A DNA stretch of 64,000 bases from Candidatus Cloacimonadales bacterium (GCA_963662275.1 OY759316.1:2080001-2144000); one strand, 5' to 3'. Shown: positions 1 through 11,655, counted from the stretch's first letter. The notes: generated by a model from the letters alone, not told the origin. Translations and numbers: made by a program.

Positions 1-138
1 TGGAATAATGGGACTTATGTGTCCAGATTGTATCAACACCGCGATAGATCTAGTTGTAAACATGATTGATAAATATAGTGATCAAGAAAGTGCATAATTT
101 CCAGATTGTACTTATTCAAGTATGATGGAGGTCATATT

Positions 139-1308
139 ATGAAATTCAAAACTGGATTGAGATGTCTCATTGTGTCCTTAACCATTATACTTACGTCCTG
201 TTCTCTTTTTCCTAAAAAGCCGATATTACTTGGTGCCATTTATAATCTACATGGCAGCTTATCTTCTCTCGATATACCTTCATCAAATGGCTTGAAACTA
301 GCGATTGACGAAATCAATCGGGAAGGAGGAATAAATGGACGGCAAATCCAATTGTTACTCAAAGATGGATATACAAATCCTGATTCAATAAAGGCTGCCA
401 CACAATACCTGATTGATCGGAAAGTAGTAACAATCATTGGATTTAGTGATTCTGATCAAGTTCTTTATGCAGATAAGTTAATTGTAAAATCGAATATTCC
501 TTATATAACTTCCGGATCCACTGCTCCCATCCTGGTCAAAAATATTCCCAAAAATCTCTTTCTTGGTTGTTTTGGTGATAATGTACAGGCTGCTGCAGGA
601 GCAGAATTTGCTAAAACCAGACTTAACAGTAAGCATGTTTTTCTAATTACTAATCAGAATATGGAATATACCCGTTATTTAGCGCAGTACTTCAAGAATA
701 GTTGGTTAGTTCTAGGTGGATCTGTGATTGGTGATTTATGTTATCGGGGAAATGCATCTGATTCAATTACCATCATTCAATCCTTAAAACGGGAGAAAGC
801 GAATTACGAAGTTATTTATCTTGCTGCAGGTCCACCAGATGTGGGTCATTGGATCAGGTTGATCCGAAAAGCAGGAATCACACAACCAATTATTGGGGGT
901 GATGGTTATGATACACCTCTTTTACTTAAATATACAAATGATTATGCAGATAATATCTATTATTCAACACATGCATGGATGAGTCAAAATGGCAGCAACG
1001 TTAAGATGAAGGAATTTTACATTGCCTATCATAAGGAGTTTGGAGTAGATCCGGAAAACTCTTTTGCTGCTTTAGCGTATGATGCAGCGATGTTATTTGC
1101 CGATGCTGCAAGAAGAGCGAAGAAGATAAACCCTAAATATTTACTTCAAGCTATTGAGAAGACTTCTGATTTTACTGGAATTACTGGTAGATTGAATTAC
1201 TTGAATGGCTCACATATTCCAGTCAAAGAAGTGATGATCGTTGGTATAAAGAAACAAAAGTATGCTTTGGAAGCTGTGATCATGCCGGAATATGTTCCAA
1301 TTCCTTAA
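139..1308 (+). CDS. Branched-chain amino acid ABC transporter substrate-binding lipoprotein (LivJ/LivK-like)
   Basis: Lipobox-like LTSC; motifs LAIDEINREGGINGRQI and ALAYDAAML; GGAGG RBS before ATG 139. Confidence 0.85.
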   Translation: MKFKTGLRCLIVSLTIILTSCSLFPKKPILLGAIYNLHGSLSSLDIPSSNGLKLAIDEINREGGINGRQIQLLLKDGYTNPDSIKAATQYLIDRKVVTIIGFSDSDQVLYADKLIVKSNIPYITSGSTAPILVKNIPKNLFLGCFGDNVQAAAGAEFAKTRLNSKHVFLITNQNMEYTRYLAQYFKNSWLVLGGSVIGDLCYRGNASDSITIIQSLKREKANYEVIYLAAGPPDVGHWIRLIRKAGITQPIIGGDGYDTPLLLKYTNDYADNIYYSTHAWMSQNGSNVKMKEFYIAYHKEFGVDPENSFAALAYDAAMLFADAARRAKKINPKYLLQAIEKTSDFTGITGRLNYLNGSHIPVKEVMIVGIKKQKYALEAVIMPEYVPIP

Positions 1309-1332
1309 CACAGATCTTGGTGAAAAGGAGTG

Positions 1333-2163
1333 CTACTTAACTGGTGAAGGGTGAGTATTATTTGATAGATATTTTACTCTTCTCATTACTTTATTAACTC
1401 TGTCATTGGATACTGGTTTCCACCAGATTCCATCTTCTTTAAAATAGGAACCAATGATAAATCCATCTGCATAATCCCAATACTGATCCAGATTCTCAGC
1501 AGTAATCCCTGACCCAATTAGAATTGGAAGGGTCGTAACATTGCGAACATTCTTGACATCTGAAATATTCGCTTCCTTCCCGGTTGCGTTGCCAGTAATG
1601 ATAACACCATCACTGAGAAAGAATTCTGCAGCCTTAGCAGTTTCTTCGATCGAAACATCAGATGTGATAGCATGAGCAGAATGCTTCTTTTTGATATCTG
1701 TAAAAATCGAAATATGTTCTGCTCCGATTTGCCTACGATATCTAAGCAGTTCTCCAGCACAAGAGTCAATATAACCTTCATCAGCTACATGACCAAAAAC
1801 AAAGCCTTCCACACGAATAAAGTTGAAACCAGCAGCCAGTGAAGCGGCCAATGCTTCATTGTTAGCCGCTGCAAGTATCTGCATACCGCATGGAATGCTT
1901 ATCTCTTGTTTGATTCTATAACCAATGACGCTCATATAAGCGATGACTTCCGGTCCTACGCTTTTATTCAGATATGGGACATCATGCATATTTTCGATCA
2001 TAATGCAATCTAACAGCATATCTTCATATAATTTAGCTTCTTGTAATACGATGTCTAATATTTCATTCATCGAAAATTTGGACTGAGGCGTTCCTGGTAG
2101 AGCAGGAACGTGGATCATGCCAATAATTGCTTTCGTATCGGGAAATTGAGATTTCCAATTCAT
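1333..2163 (-). CDS. BtpA/SgcQ family TIM-barrel protein
   Basis: IIGMIHVPALPGTP, IENMHDVPY, DIKKKHS, DGVIITG motifs. Confidence 0.9.
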   Translation of the reverse strand: MNWKSQFPDTKAIIGMIHVPALPGTPQSKFSMNEILDIVLQEAKLYEDMLLDCIMIENMHDVPYLNKSVGPEVIAYMSVIGYRIKQEISIPCGMQILAAANNEALAASLAAGFNFIRVEGFVFGHVADEGYIDSCAGELLRYRRQIGAEHISIFTDIKKKHSAHAITSDVSIEETAKAAEFFLSDGVIITGNATGKEANISDVKNVRNVTTLPILIGSGITAENLDQYWDYADGFIIGSYFKEDGIWWKPVSNDRVNKVMRRVKYLSNNTHPSPVK

Positions 2164-2320
2164 AATTCACCTCATTCAGCTTAAGAATAAAACCTATATC
2201 AATAATGTCAATTATTGTTTTTTACAAACTACAGAATAAACAGATATGATGTGAAAAAGCATTGACAATAATTTGACCGAATTTATAGCATTAATCAAAT
2301 AATACTGAAGGGGTATCAAA

Positions 2321-2671
2321 ATGAAAGACATCATTTCGGTTTGCGGTTTAAAATGCAGTGAATGCAGTTGTTATCAGGCAACATTGCAGGATGATGACAA
2401 GAAAAGAGACGAAGTTGCTGTAGAATGGTCCAAGGCTTATGGGGCAAGTCTTAAAACTGAAGATATCAATTGTGATGGCTGCAATATGGGTTCTAATCGG
2501 GTCTTTGCACATTGCAAAGAGTGTAATATGCGTTTATGTGCTATTTCTAGAAACTATGAAACGTGTGCTGAATGCACTGATTATCCGTGCACGCAATTGG
2601 ATGAATTGCATAAAATGGTACCTTCAGCTCGAGATAACCTGGATGTCTTAAGAGATATCATCTTAAAATAG
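2321..2671 (+). CDS. Cys-rich DUF3795-like protein
   Basis: CGLKCSEC...CDGC...CKECNMRLCA...TCAECTDYPC pattern. Confidence 0.8.
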   Translation: MKDIISVCGLKCSECSCYQATLQDDDKKRDEVAVEWSKAYGASLKTEDINCDGCNMGSNRVFAHCKECNMRLCAISRNYETCAECTDYPCTQLDELHKMVPSARDNLDVLRDIILK

Positions 2672-2763
2672 AGGCAAATGATAGCATCGTCAATAGATAA
2701 AAAATGCTTTACAACATAACCTCCAATTTTAAAGGTGTATTGAATTACTGAAGGAGGCTATCA

Positions 2764-3033
2764 ATGGCATTGCAAAAAGAGGCCAAGACGGCTATCATGG
2801 CAGAGTTTAAACTCCATGAGACAGATACTGGATCTCCAGAAGTTCAAATCGCTTTATTGTCAACACGTATCAAGGAAATCACGGAACATCTGAAAGTACA
2901 TCCTAAGGATTTTTCAACCCGTCGTGGTTTATTGAAATTGATCGGACAGAGAAGAAGATTACTGAACTATCTCATGAAGAATGACATCACCAGATACCGT
3001 ACAATTATCAGCTCTCTTGGGCTGAGACGATAG
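2764..3033 (+). CDS. rpsO: 30S ribosomal protein S15
   Basis: [37 protein letters not shown]; upstream of pnp. Confidence 0.99.
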   Translation: MALQKEAKTAIMAEFKLHETDTGSPEVQIALLSTRIKEITEHLKVHPKDFSTRRGLLKLIGQRRRLLNYLMKNDITRYRTIISSLGLRR

Positions 3034-3041
3034 TATAGCTC

Positions 3042-3070
3042 GGGGGGATTTATATCCCCCCTTTTTATTT
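3042..3070 (+). terminator. Intrinsic terminator after rpsO
   Basis: GGGGGGAT-ttat-ATCCCCCC stem followed by a T tract. Confidence 0.75.
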
Positions 3071-3172
3071 AATCCACGAAACAGGCAAGGGAACATCGAG
3101 CAATACGCTAATTTCATATATCATGGAATTTGCCTATTGCTTCTGTCTCCTTTGCGATACAAGGAGATACAC

Positions 3173-5422
3173 ATGCACAATTTTCACATTATCCGTAAAT
3201 CCATGGAGTTTTGCGGTCGCACACTAACTCTCGAAACCGGTAAGATAGCCAAGCAGGCAAACGGTTCAGTACTTGTTACTTATGGTGAAACAATCGTTCT
3301 TGTTACTGCCGTTATCGGTGATTTACCCAACCAGGATACTGACTTCTTTCCATTAACCGTTGATTATATGGAGAAGATGTATGCCTCAGGTAAAGTACCC
3401 GGCGGATTTTTCAAGAGAGAAGCCAAACCAACTACTGATGCAACTCTCAATGCACGTCTCATTGACCGTACGATCCGTCCTTTGTTCCCGGAAGGCTTTC
3501 GTAATCCGGTTCATGTTGTCGTTACCATTCTATCCTATGATGAAGTGAATGATCCTGCTTATCTAGGTATGATAGGAGCTTCAGCGGCTCTATCGATTTC
3601 GGATATTCCTTTTAACGGACCAATTGCTGGTGCCACGGTCGGTTTTATTGATGATAAAATGATTGTGAATCCTTCTCTTTTAGATATGGGAAATTCCTTA
3701 CTTAATCTTTCTGTTGGTGGTTCAAAAGATTCCATTGTGATGATTGAAGGTGCTGCTTCAGAATTATCAGAAGAGCAGATGCTTGAAGCAGTCTATCTTG
3801 GTCATGAAGAAATCAGGAAGGTATGTGCTCTCCAGGAAGAATTTCTTGCAGAAGCTGGAAAACCTAAAATCGAGATCAAGCTCGATGTTATTCCAGATGA
3901 TATTAGGATGAAGATCGAAAAAGACTTTGAACAAAAAGTAATTGAAGCTTCAAATATACTTGGAAAGCAAGCCCGTAATGATGCTTTCGAACAACTGAAA
4001 GAACAATTCATCGGTAAATACACGGAAGAATTAGGTACAGAAGGATATACTGAAACTAAACACCATTATATGAATGGTTATGAAGAATTGATACGCAAAT
4101 GCGTACGCCATGCAATTCTCTTCAACAACCATCGCGTTGATGGCAGAACAATGGATGAGATTCGTGACATCACATGTGAAATAGATATTCTTCCACGCGT
4201 ACATGGTTCCGCTCTTTTCACCAGAGGCGAAACACAAGCGCTTGGAACAGTCACTCTCGGTGGTGGTTCTGATGCTCAGATTATTGATGGTCTAGCTGAA
4301 GAATATAAAAAGAACTTTTATCTTCAATACAACTTCCCACCTTATAGCGTCGGTGAAGTTGGAAGAATGGGTGCTCCAGGACGTCGTGAACTGGGACATG
4401 GTAACCTTGCTGAACGGGGACTTCAAGTTGTTATCCCCAGTATGGATGACTTTCCGTATTCCATGCGATTAGTATCGGATATCATGGAATCAAACGGTTC
4501 ATCCTCAATGGCTTCCGTCTGTGCAGGCTCATTAGCCCTAATGGCTGCAGGTGTTCCAATTAAAGCTCCAGTAGCCGGTATTGCGAATGGTCTGATCATG
4601 GAAGGTGATAAATTTGTTGTGCTGACAGATATCATGGGATTGGAAGATCATCTAGGGGATATGGATTTTAAGGTGACAGGTACACGTAAAGGGATCAGTG
4701 CCATTCAAATGGATATCAAGATCCAAGGCATTACTAAGGAAATCATGTCCATTGCCCTGGCAAAAGCATTAGTCGCCCGCAATCACATCCTCGATATTAT
4801 GAATGAAACTATTCCTGAAGTGAAGCAGGAACTATCTTCCTATGCTCCTAAAGTTGAATCCTTTAAGGTTCCAACGGACAGAATCGGGGAGATTATAGGA
4901 CCATCAGGCAAAATGATCAAATCAATTATCGAAGCAACCAAAGTTGCCATTAATATTGATGATTCAGGTACTGTTACATTGCTCTCCTCTGACCAGGCAT
5001 CACTTGACCTGGCGAGAGGAATGATCATGAATATCATCACAGATCTGGAAATGGGTCAGATATATGAAGGTGTTGTTTCCCGTATTGAACCTTTCGGGGC
5101 ATTTGTTAAGATTATGGGAAACAAGGAAGGATTAGTTCACATTTCCCAAATGCATACAGCCCGTCTTGCATCTCCTGAAGATATGGTTCATCTTGGTGAT
5201 ATCGTTAAAGTACGATTCATCGGATCAGAACGAGGTAAGATATCCTTAGCGATGAAAGATGTACCAGGTAATCCAGAACCGGATCCAAGTAAATTACAGG
5301 CACGTACACCTCGTCCTGAAGGTGAAGATAGACCTCGTGGTGACAGAGATCGCGGTGGTTATGGACGTTCTGATGATCGTCGTCCCTTTAATCGTGGTGG
5401 AAATGACAGAGGACGCAGATAA
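3173..5422 (+). CDS. pnp: Polyribonucleotide nucleotidyltransferase
   Basis: [40 protein letters not shown] and S1 domains; AGGAG RBS before ATG 3173. Confidence 0.98.
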   Translation: MHNFHIIRKSMEFCGRTLTLETGKIAKQANGSVLVTYGETIVLVTAVIGDLPNQDTDFFPLTVDYMEKMYASGKVPGGFFKREAKPTTDATLNARLIDRTIRPLFPEGFRNPVHVVVTILSYDEVNDPAYLGMIGASAALSISDIPFNGPIAGATVGFIDDKMIVNPSLLDMGNSLLNLSVGGSKDSIVMIEGAASELSEEQMLEAVYLGHEEIRKVCALQEEFLAEAGKPKIEIKLDVIPDDIRMKIEKDFEQKVIEASNILGKQARNDAFEQLKEQFIGKYTEELGTEGYTETKHHYMNGYEELIRKCVRHAILFNNHRVDGRTMDEIRDITCEIDILPRVHGSALFTRGETQALGTVTLGGGSDAQIIDGLAEEYKKNFYLQYNFPPYSVGEVGRMGAPGRRELGHGNLAERGLQVVIPSMDDFPYSMRLVSDIMESNGSSSMASVCAGSLALMAAGVPIKAPVAGIANGLIMEGDKFVVLTDIMGLEDHLGDMDFKVTGTRKGISAIQMDIKIQGITKEIMSIALAKALVARNHILDIMNETIPEVKQELSSYAPKVESFKVPTDRIGEIIGPSGKMIKSIIEATKVAINIDDSGTVTLLSSDQASLDLARGMIMNIITDLEMGQIYEGVVSRIEPFGAFVKIMGNKEGLVHISQMHTARLASPEDMVHLGDIVKVRFIGSERGKISLAMKDVPGNPEPDPSKLQARTPRPEGEDRPRGDRDRGGYGRSDDRRPFNRGGNDRGRR

Positions 5423-5435
5423 TTTAGGAGAGGTC

Positions 5436-6842
5436 ATGAAATATAAGGTAGCTGATATTAATCTTGCTGACTATGGTCGCAAGGAAATCGAAATTGCAAA
5501 ACATGAAATGCCAGGGCTTATGGCTCTTGTAAAAAAATATGGCACAACCAAACCGCTGAAAGGTTCACATATCACAGGAAGCCTGCATATGACGATCCAA
5601 ACTGCTGTACTGATAGAAACTCTCGTTAATCTTGGTGCTTTTGTACGCTGGGCTAGTTGTAATATATTCTCCACACAAGACCATGCTGCTGCTGCTATCG
5701 CTGCTATGGATGTCCCGGTATTTGCCTGGAAAGGTGAAACGCTTGAGGAATATTGGTGGTGTACAAAGATGGCAATGACCTGGAACAATGCCGAAGGTCC
5801 TGATATGATCGTTGATGATGGGGGAGATGCAACTCTCCTGGTTCATGAAGGTTATAGATTGGAAGAGCTGTTTGCCTCTTCGCATAAGTTACCTGAGATA
5901 ACTACAGATAATAAGGAATTGGCAATTGTTCAGAGTATCATTATCGAAGACCTGGAAAAGGAACCGCAGAAATGGCATAAAATGGTGAAGAAGCTTCGTG
6001 GCGTCAGTGAAGAAACAACCACAGGTGTTCATCGTTTATACCAGATGCATGAAAGAAAGGAATTGCTTGTTCCGGCAATCAATGTCAACGATTCTGTGAC
6101 TAAATCCAAGTTCGATAATCTCTACGGCTGCCGTGAGTCCTTAGCTGATGGTATCAAGCGTGGAACAGATATCATGGTAGCAGGAAAAGTGGTTGTCGTT
6201 TGTGGTTATGGGGAAGTTGGCAAAGGCTGTGTTCAGTCTATGTCAGGGCTTGGTGCAAGAGTTATTGTTACTGAAATAGACCCCATCTGTGCCTTACAGG
6301 CAGCGATGGAAGGATATGAAGTTAATGTTCTTGAGGATGTGCTTGCAGAAGCAGATATCTTCGTTACTGCAACTGGTAATTGTGATGTCATTACCCTTGC
6401 TGATATGAAGAAGATGAAGAACCAGGCAATTGTCTGCAACATCGGACATTTTGATAATGAGATAGAAGTGGATGCTCTTATGGAATCACCTGGAATCAGA
6501 CGATTAAACATCAAACCGCAAGTGGATCAGTTCTTTTTCCCGGATGGTCATTCTATTATTCTGTTATCAGAAGGAAGATTGGTCAATTTAGGAAATGCAA
6601 CAGGACATCCATCATTTGTCATGAGCTGTTCCTTCACAAACCAGGTATTGGCTCAGATGGAACTTTGGCAGAAAGAATATGCACTCGGCGTTCATGTTCT
6701 TCCCAAATCTCTCGATGAAGAAGTAGCACGTTTGCACCTACCTAAACTAGGTGCAAAAATCACAAAACTAACTAAAAAACAATCGGAATATATTAATGTA
6801 TCGCAGAATGGTCCATTCAAACCGGATACATATCGATACTAA
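5436..6842 (+). CDS. ahcY: Adenosylhomocysteinase
   Basis: [55 protein letters not shown] before ATG 5436. Confidence 0.98.
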   Translation: MKYKVADINLADYGRKEIEIAKHEMPGLMALVKKYGTTKPLKGSHITGSLHMTIQTAVLIETLVNLGAFVRWASCNIFSTQDHAAAAIAAMDVPVFAWKGETLEEYWWCTKMAMTWNNAEGPDMIVDDGGDATLLVHEGYRLEELFASSHKLPEITTDNKELAIVQSIIIEDLEKEPQKWHKMVKKLRGVSEETTTGVHRLYQMHERKELLVPAINVNDSVTKSKFDNLYGCRESLADGIKRGTDIMVAGKVVVVCGYGEVGKGCVQSMSGLGARVIVTEIDPICALQAAMEGYEVNVLEDVLAEADIFVTATGNCDVITLADMKKMKNQAIVCNIGHFDNEIEVDALMESPGIRRLNIKPQVDQFFFPDGHSIILLSEGRLVNLGNATGHPSFVMSCSFTNQVLAQMELWQKEYALGVHVLPKSLDEEVARLHLPKLGAKITKLTKKQSEYINVSQNGPFKPDTYRY

Positions 6843-6864
6843 ATCATAGTGGAGGAATCTGTTT

Positions 6865-8163
6865 ATGAAGCTTCTCAGCAAAATTGATAACAAAACTGCA
6901 AAAGTTGGTGTTATTGGATTAGGTTATGTAGGTCTCCCCATGGCAGTTACAGCCGCGAAAAAAGGCTTTCAAGTGCTTGGATTCGATGTCAGTGAATATG
7001 CTGTCAAACATGTGAATGCCGGTGAAAATTACATTGGTGATGTCAAAGACGAAGAGCTTAAGGAGATGGTTGATGCTGGTCGATTATCTGCAACTCACGA
7101 CTATACTCTGATCAATACAGTTGAAATCATTCTCATCGCTGTTCCAACACCTCTTGATAAGTATCATCAGCCCGATACTACGTTTATTGATGCCGTCACT
7201 CGTTCCATGACACCCCATCTGGCGAAGGAAACCCTGATCGTTCTAGAAAGTACAACTTACCCCGGAACCACACGCGAGATCATCTTACCTGAATTAGTTA
7301 AAGCTGGCTTCGTCGTTGGTGATGATATCTATTTGGCTTTTTCACCCGAACGTGTTGATCCGGGTAATGACACATATAAGACCAATAATACACCCAAGGT
7401 CGTTGGCGGAATTACCCCGAATTGCAGTAAAGTTTCAAAGAAATTCTACGAATCTATCCTGGATGCATCTGTTCTGGCAGTGTCTTCCCCTGAAGTAGCT
7501 GAAATGGAGAAAATCTATGAAAATACATTCAGGAATATCAATATTGCCCTTGCTAATGAAATGGCTGTGCTCTGTCATAGAATGGGAATCAGTATTTGGG
7601 AAGTGATTGATGCTGCCAAAACAAAACCTTACGGTTTCATGGCTTTTTATCCTGGTCCTGGTGTTGGGGGACATTGTATTCCCATCGATCCATTCTATTT
7701 GACTTGGAAAGCCAGGGAATTCAATTTTCACACAAGACTCATAGAACTAGCGGGCGAAATCAACGTAGCAATGCCCGAACATGTGGTTAATCGTGCCATG
7801 AAGATGCTTAATCGCAAGGGAATAGCCATGTCGCGTGCGAAGATATTGATCCTCGGTGCAGCTTACAAAAAGGATATTCGCGATATGCGTGAGTCACCAG
7901 TCGAAGATGTTGTTATAGAGTTGGAAAAAAGAATGTCAGACTTTGAGATCAATGATCCTTATGTGGAAGAATTCCATAATGAAAAGAATGGTAAGATGTA
8001 TAAAACAGTTGCCCTTGGAAATCTTGATAAATATGATCTATTGCTTTTGGTTACAGATCATTCTTGTTATGACTACAAGTCTCTTTTACATAGCGGTCGT
8101 TTGATCCTTGATACAAGAAATGCTTTCAAGGGTTTATCTGGAGATAATCTCGAAGTACTCTAA
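6865..8163 (+). CDS. Nucleotide-sugar dehydrogenase (UDP-GlcNAc/ManNAc 6-dehydrogenase, WbpA/WecC-like)
   Basis: GLGYVGLP, ESTTYPGTT, FSPERVDPGN, GPGVGGHCIPIDP. Confidence 0.9.
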   Translation: MKLLSKIDNKTAKVGVIGLGYVGLPMAVTAAKKGFQVLGFDVSEYAVKHVNAGENYIGDVKDEELKEMVDAGRLSATHDYTLINTVEIILIAVPTPLDKYHQPDTTFIDAVTRSMTPHLAKETLIVLESTTYPGTTREIILPELVKAGFVVGDDIYLAFSPERVDPGNDTYKTNNTPKVVGGITPNCSKVSKKFYESILDASVLAVSSPEVAEMEKIYENTFRNINIALANEMAVLCHRMGISIWEVIDAAKTKPYGFMAFYPGPGVGGHCIPIDPFYLTWKAREFNFHTRLIELAGEINVAMPEHVVNRAMKMLNRKGIAMSRAKILILGAAYKKDIRDMRESPVEDVVIELEKRMSDFEINDPYVEEFHNEKNGKMYKTVALGNLDKYDLLLLVTDHSCYDYKSLLHSGRLILDTRNAFKGLSGDNLEVL

Positions 8164-8175
8164 AATATATGTAAT

Positions 8176-8212
8176 GAACCGGTTTCGGGTATCCGTACCG
8201 GTTCTTTTTTTT
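8176..8212 (+). terminator. Intrinsic terminator-like hairpin
   Basis: GAACCGGT...ACCGGTTC stem followed by a T8 tract. Confidence 0.7.
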
Positions 8213-8232
8213 ATCATCTCAAAGGACTTAAT

Positions 8233-9180
8233 ATGAAAATACTTGTAACCGGTGGTGCAGGATTCATTGGCTCACACATTGTCGATCAATACATTAGTGA
8301 AGGACATGATGTTGTAGTTGTCGATAATCTAAGCACAGGAGACAAACACCAGGTCAATCCCAATGCTCAGTTTTATCAGTGTGATATTAATTCAGGTGAT
8401 TTGGATACCATTTTCTCCAATGAAAAACCACAAATCGTGAATCACCATGCTGCCCAAATCTCTGTTCCATATTCAGTGGAAAACCCGCTCATTGATGCCA
8501 CGACAAATATCATGGGAATGCTGAATTTATTGGAATGCTGTCGAAAATATCATGTGCAGAAAGTGATATTTGCTTCCAGTGGTGGTGCAATTTATGGTGA
8601 AGCTGCAGAAATACCTACTCCTGAGACATGTACTCCCAATCCTCAATCCCCATATGCCATTCATAAATTGATTGGGGAGAATTACCTGGCTTTTTACAAA
8701 AAAACATACAATATTCAATATACTGTTCTCAGATATGCGAATGTCTATGGACCGAGGCAAATACCCAGCAGTGAAGCTGGTGTAATCTCAAAATTCATCA
8801 ATCAATTACTTCGCAGGGAACAGACAACCATCTTCTACTATGAAGGTGAACCTGAAGGAATGTCGCGAGACTATGCTAATGTGAAAGACATTGTGCAGGC
8901 AAATCTATTAGCACTGAATGGTGGTGATGGTGAGATATTGAATATTGGTACCCAAATCATGACGACCACCTCTCAATTATTGAATACAATTGCTGATCTC
9001 ATGCATCTGGAAGTTAAACCTTTACGCCAGCCACCTCGTCCGGGTGATATTCGTTATAATTGTTTGAATAATGAAAAAGCCAAGCATATCCTGGGTTGGA
9101 AACCAACCTTATCCTTAAAGGATGGATTGCTGGAAACAATTGAGTATTTTACTACTCGATTTGATGAGGAGAGATCATGA
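8233..9180 (+). CDS. NAD-dependent epimerase/dehydratase (GalE-like)
   Basis: TGGAGFIGSH, YAIHK (YxxxK), RYANVYGPRQ. Confidence 0.9.
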   Translation: MKILVTGGAGFIGSHIVDQYISEGHDVVVVDNLSTGDKHQVNPNAQFYQCDINSGDLDTIFSNEKPQIVNHHAAQISVPYSVENPLIDATTNIMGMLNLLECCRKYHVQKVIFASSGGAIYGEAAEIPTPETCTPNPQSPYAIHKLIGENYLAFYKKTYNIQYTVLRYANVYGPRQIPSSEAGVISKFINQLLRREQTTIFYYEGEPEGMSRDYANVKDIVQANLLALNGGDGEILNIGTQIMTTTSQLLNTIADLMHLEVKPLRQPPRPGDIRYNCLNNEKAKHILGWKPTLSLKDGLLETIEYFTTRFDEERS

Positions 9181-10499
9181 ACCTGGCAATAATAGGTACA
9201 GGCTATGTAGGACTTGTCACGGGTACATGTTTTGCAGAAATGGGTAATAATGTGATTTGCATCGATAATGATCCTCTGAAGATTCAAAAGCTGAAGAATG
9301 GTCAGATACCGATTTATGAACCTGGTCTTGAAGAAATGGTAAAACGCAATGCGGAAGAAGGAAGATTGTCGTTTAGCATGGATTTAGAGGCTGCAGTTCA
9401 ACAATCACTGATGCTTTTTATTGCTGTTGGAACTCCTCCTGATGAAGATGGTTCTGCTGATTTGAAATATGTTCTCCAGGTTGCACACGACATTGCTTCC
9501 TATATGGATGATTATAAGGTAATTGTAGATAAATCTACAGTACCGGTGGGGACTGCTGATAAAGTCAAGGAAACCATTAAAAAAGAACTGACAACGCGGA
9601 ATCTGAATATGGCTTTCGATGTAGTTTCCAATCCCGAATTCTTGAAAGAAGGGGATGCTATTGATGATTTTATGAAGCCTGATCGTATTATCATTGGGGT
9701 GGATAATCAGAATGTTGCAGAAATCATGAAACTACTTTATGCACCTTTCAACCTGACAAATAACAGGGTGATCCTCATGTCAATTCGATCAGCGGAACTG
9801 ACCAAATACGCAGCAAATTCTATGTTGGCAACCAAGATATCTTTCATGAATGAAGTAGCTCTTCTCTGTGAAAAAACCGGAGCAGATGTGAATGAAGTTC
9901 GTATTGGGATTGGCTCTGACACTCGTATTGGTTATAAATTCATATATCCTGGTGTTGGTTATGGAGGTAGCTGCTTTCCAAAAGATGTCAAGGCATTGAT
10001 ACAAATGTCAAAAAAACATGATCTTCCAGCTACCCTCATGTACGCTGTTGAAAAAGTAAATGAAAAACAGAAATCGATTCTAATCCATAAAGTCAAAACT
10101 CATTTTAGTGATGATCTTTCAAGCCTTACATTTGCAATTTGGGGCTTATCTTTCAAACCCCAGACAGATGACATGCGAGAAGCTTCATCATTGGTTATCA
10201 TCAAAGGATTATTAGAGGCTGGGGCGACAATTATTGCGTATGATCCAGTAGCTATGGAAGAAGCAAAAAAGAAGCTATCTGGATTACAAGGCATTACTTT
10301 TGGCAAAGATCAGTACCAGATTCTTGATGGAGCAGATGCGATGCTGTTAATCACTGAATGGCACCAATTCCGTTATCCTGATTTCAATAAAATCAAAAGT
10401 TTACTCAAACAACCTGTGATATTCGATGGAAGAAATCAATATGAACCTCACCAGTTAAGAGATTTGGGCTTTACTTATTACGGAATTGGAAGGTTGTAG
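9177..10499 (+). CDS. ugd: UDP-glucose 6-dehydrogenase
   Basis: GTGYVGLV, KSTVPVGT, SNPEFLKEG, GYGGSCFPKD; ATGA overlap with upstream gene. Confidence 0.93.
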   Translation: MNLAIIGTGYVGLVTGTCFAEMGNNVICIDNDPLKIQKLKNGQIPIYEPGLEEMVKRNAEEGRLSFSMDLEAAVQQSLMLFIAVGTPPDEDGSADLKYVLQVAHDIASYMDDYKVIVDKSTVPVGTADKVKETIKKELTTRNLNMAFDVVSNPEFLKEGDAIDDFMKPDRIIIGVDNQNVAEIMKLLYAPFNLTNNRVILMSIRSAELTKYAANSMLATKISFMNEVALLCEKTGADVNEVRIGIGSDTRIGYKFIYPGVGYGGSCFPKDVKALIQMSKKHDLPATLMYAVEKVNEKQKSILIHKVKTHFSDDLSSLTFAIWGLSFKPQTDDMREASSLVIIKGLLEAGATIIAYDPVAMEEAKKKLSGLQGITFGKDQYQILDGADAMLLITEWHQFRYPDFNKIKSLLKQPVIFDGRNQYEPHQLRDLGFTYYGIGRL

Positions 10500-10559
10500 C
10501 TCAGACAGCATTGTCAGTTTTAGTAAAGGTTGTCAAACCTCGAAACAACTGAAATATTC

Positions 10560-10607
10560 GGTTCATTGAGTGATTTCGACGAAGGAGAAATTGTATCGAA
10601 ATGAACC
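10560..10607. repeat. REP-like imperfect palindrome
   Basis: GGTTCATT...AATGAACC arms; related fragments at ~12907 and ~29077 (TTCGACTTCGCTCAATG). Confidence 0.5.
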
Positions 10608-10682
10608 AATGTGATCCTATAAGGTTGTGCAATGTCGTCTCCTCGATAAAAATAGATAAATCTGTTCTCTCGGAGAACTCAA

Positions 10683-10811
10683 CTTTCATCCTCGGAAGCG
10701 AAAACCTAAGAGTTTGGAGTTCAAATGCCCTAAACAAATTATCATTGAATTCCTAACTAAAAGGGCATTCGGACTTCAAACCGATCTTTCATCCTCGGAA
10801 GCTAAAACCTA
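10683..10811. repeat. Dispersed ~100-bp modular repeat, copy 1
   Basis: 10706-10802 matches the reverse complement of 50533-50631; CTTTCATCCTCGGAAGC occurs twice internally. Confidence 0.85.
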
Positions 10812-10919
10812 TTTTCATTGAAGTTTAACACCACGTGATCATATCAGTAGTAATTCCATTTGAAACTTCAAACATCCTTGTTATTTACAATAAACGTAAT
10901 ATGGTTGGATTACTATACT

Positions 10920-10953
10920 ATTACGGTACAAATACGGTTTTTTACCGTAATGC
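10920..10953. repeat. TACGG/CCGTA 11-bp-period palindromic repeat, partial copy
   Basis: ATTACGGTACAAATACGGTTTTTTACCGTAATGC equals the reverse complement of 33301-33334. Confidence 0.85.
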
Positions 10954-11113
10954 GATCTAGGGCGCTGCTTTGAATAGTGGGAATGAGGACAGGATTTGGA
11001 AAAGAAATAGGATAGTCATGATAAAAGATGTTGACTCGAAAGGCTGAATAATTTCTATCAAATATCTGAAAGGAATTGTATGAATTCTTTTAAATGACTT
11101 AAGAAGGGTTTTT

Positions 11114-11563
11114 ATGTTTGACAAAGATGAACACTATATGCGGATTGCCCTTGAACAGGCATCGATAGCGGTTGCTGAGGATGAAATACCGGTTGGTGCT
11201 ATCCTGGTGAAGAATGATGAAGTTGTTGCTTCGGAACATAATCGTACTAGGCAATTGCAGAATCCATTAGCTCATGCAGAGCACATTTTGCTGGATGCGA
11301 TGCAAGAGAAAGGTGAAAAGTACTTGTACGATTACACTTTGTATGTCACTGTGGAACCATGCAGTATGTGTGCCGGGATGTTGATTTGGAGCCGTATTGG
11401 CAGGATTGTTTTTGGATGTTATGATGAAAAAGCTGGTGCTGTGGGATCAATTTATCATATTCCCAGAAACAAAAACTTTAATCATCGTCCAGAAATTAGA
11501 TCAGGTGTTCTGGAAACTGAATGTCGTGAGATCATGATAGATTTTTTTCAAACCAAACGCTAA
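11114..11563 (+). CDS. tadA: tRNA adenosine(34) deaminase
   Basis: EIPVGA, HAE, TLYVTVEPCSMCAG. Confidence 0.92.
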   Translation: MFDKDEHYMRIALEQASIAVAEDEIPVGAILVKNDEVVASEHNRTRQLQNPLAHAEHILLDAMQEKGEKYLYDYTLYVTVEPCSMCAGMLIWSRIGRIVFGCYDEKAGAVGSIYHIPRNKNFNHRPEIRSGVLETECREIMIDFFQTKR

Positions 11564-11565
11564 GC

Positions 11566-11655
11566 GGAGAGTTGCCAGAGCGGTTGAATGGGACGGTCTC
11601 GAAAACCGTTGTCCTCTTACGGGGACCCAGGGTTCGAATCCCTGACTCTCCGCCA
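11566..11655 (+). tRNA. tRNA-Ser (CGA)
   Basis: GGAGAG...CTCTCC acceptor stem with encoded CCA; anticodon arm ACGGT-CTCGAAA-ACCGT; long variable arm; GGTTCGAATCC. Confidence 0.96.

Noticed and set aside
5259..5435. N-terminal extension of ahcY overlapping pnp (similar extensions on aroDE, dcm and the 60500 ORF)
   Set aside because: Longest-ORF artefacts; RBS position, family start or stop-start coupling support the downstream starts.
10501..10737. Short ORFs at 10501, 50033, 50495, 50534 and 60748 sharing or repeating peptides (e.g. FRAFELQTL)
   Set aside because: They are translations of non-coding repeats; the similarity is explained at the DNA level.
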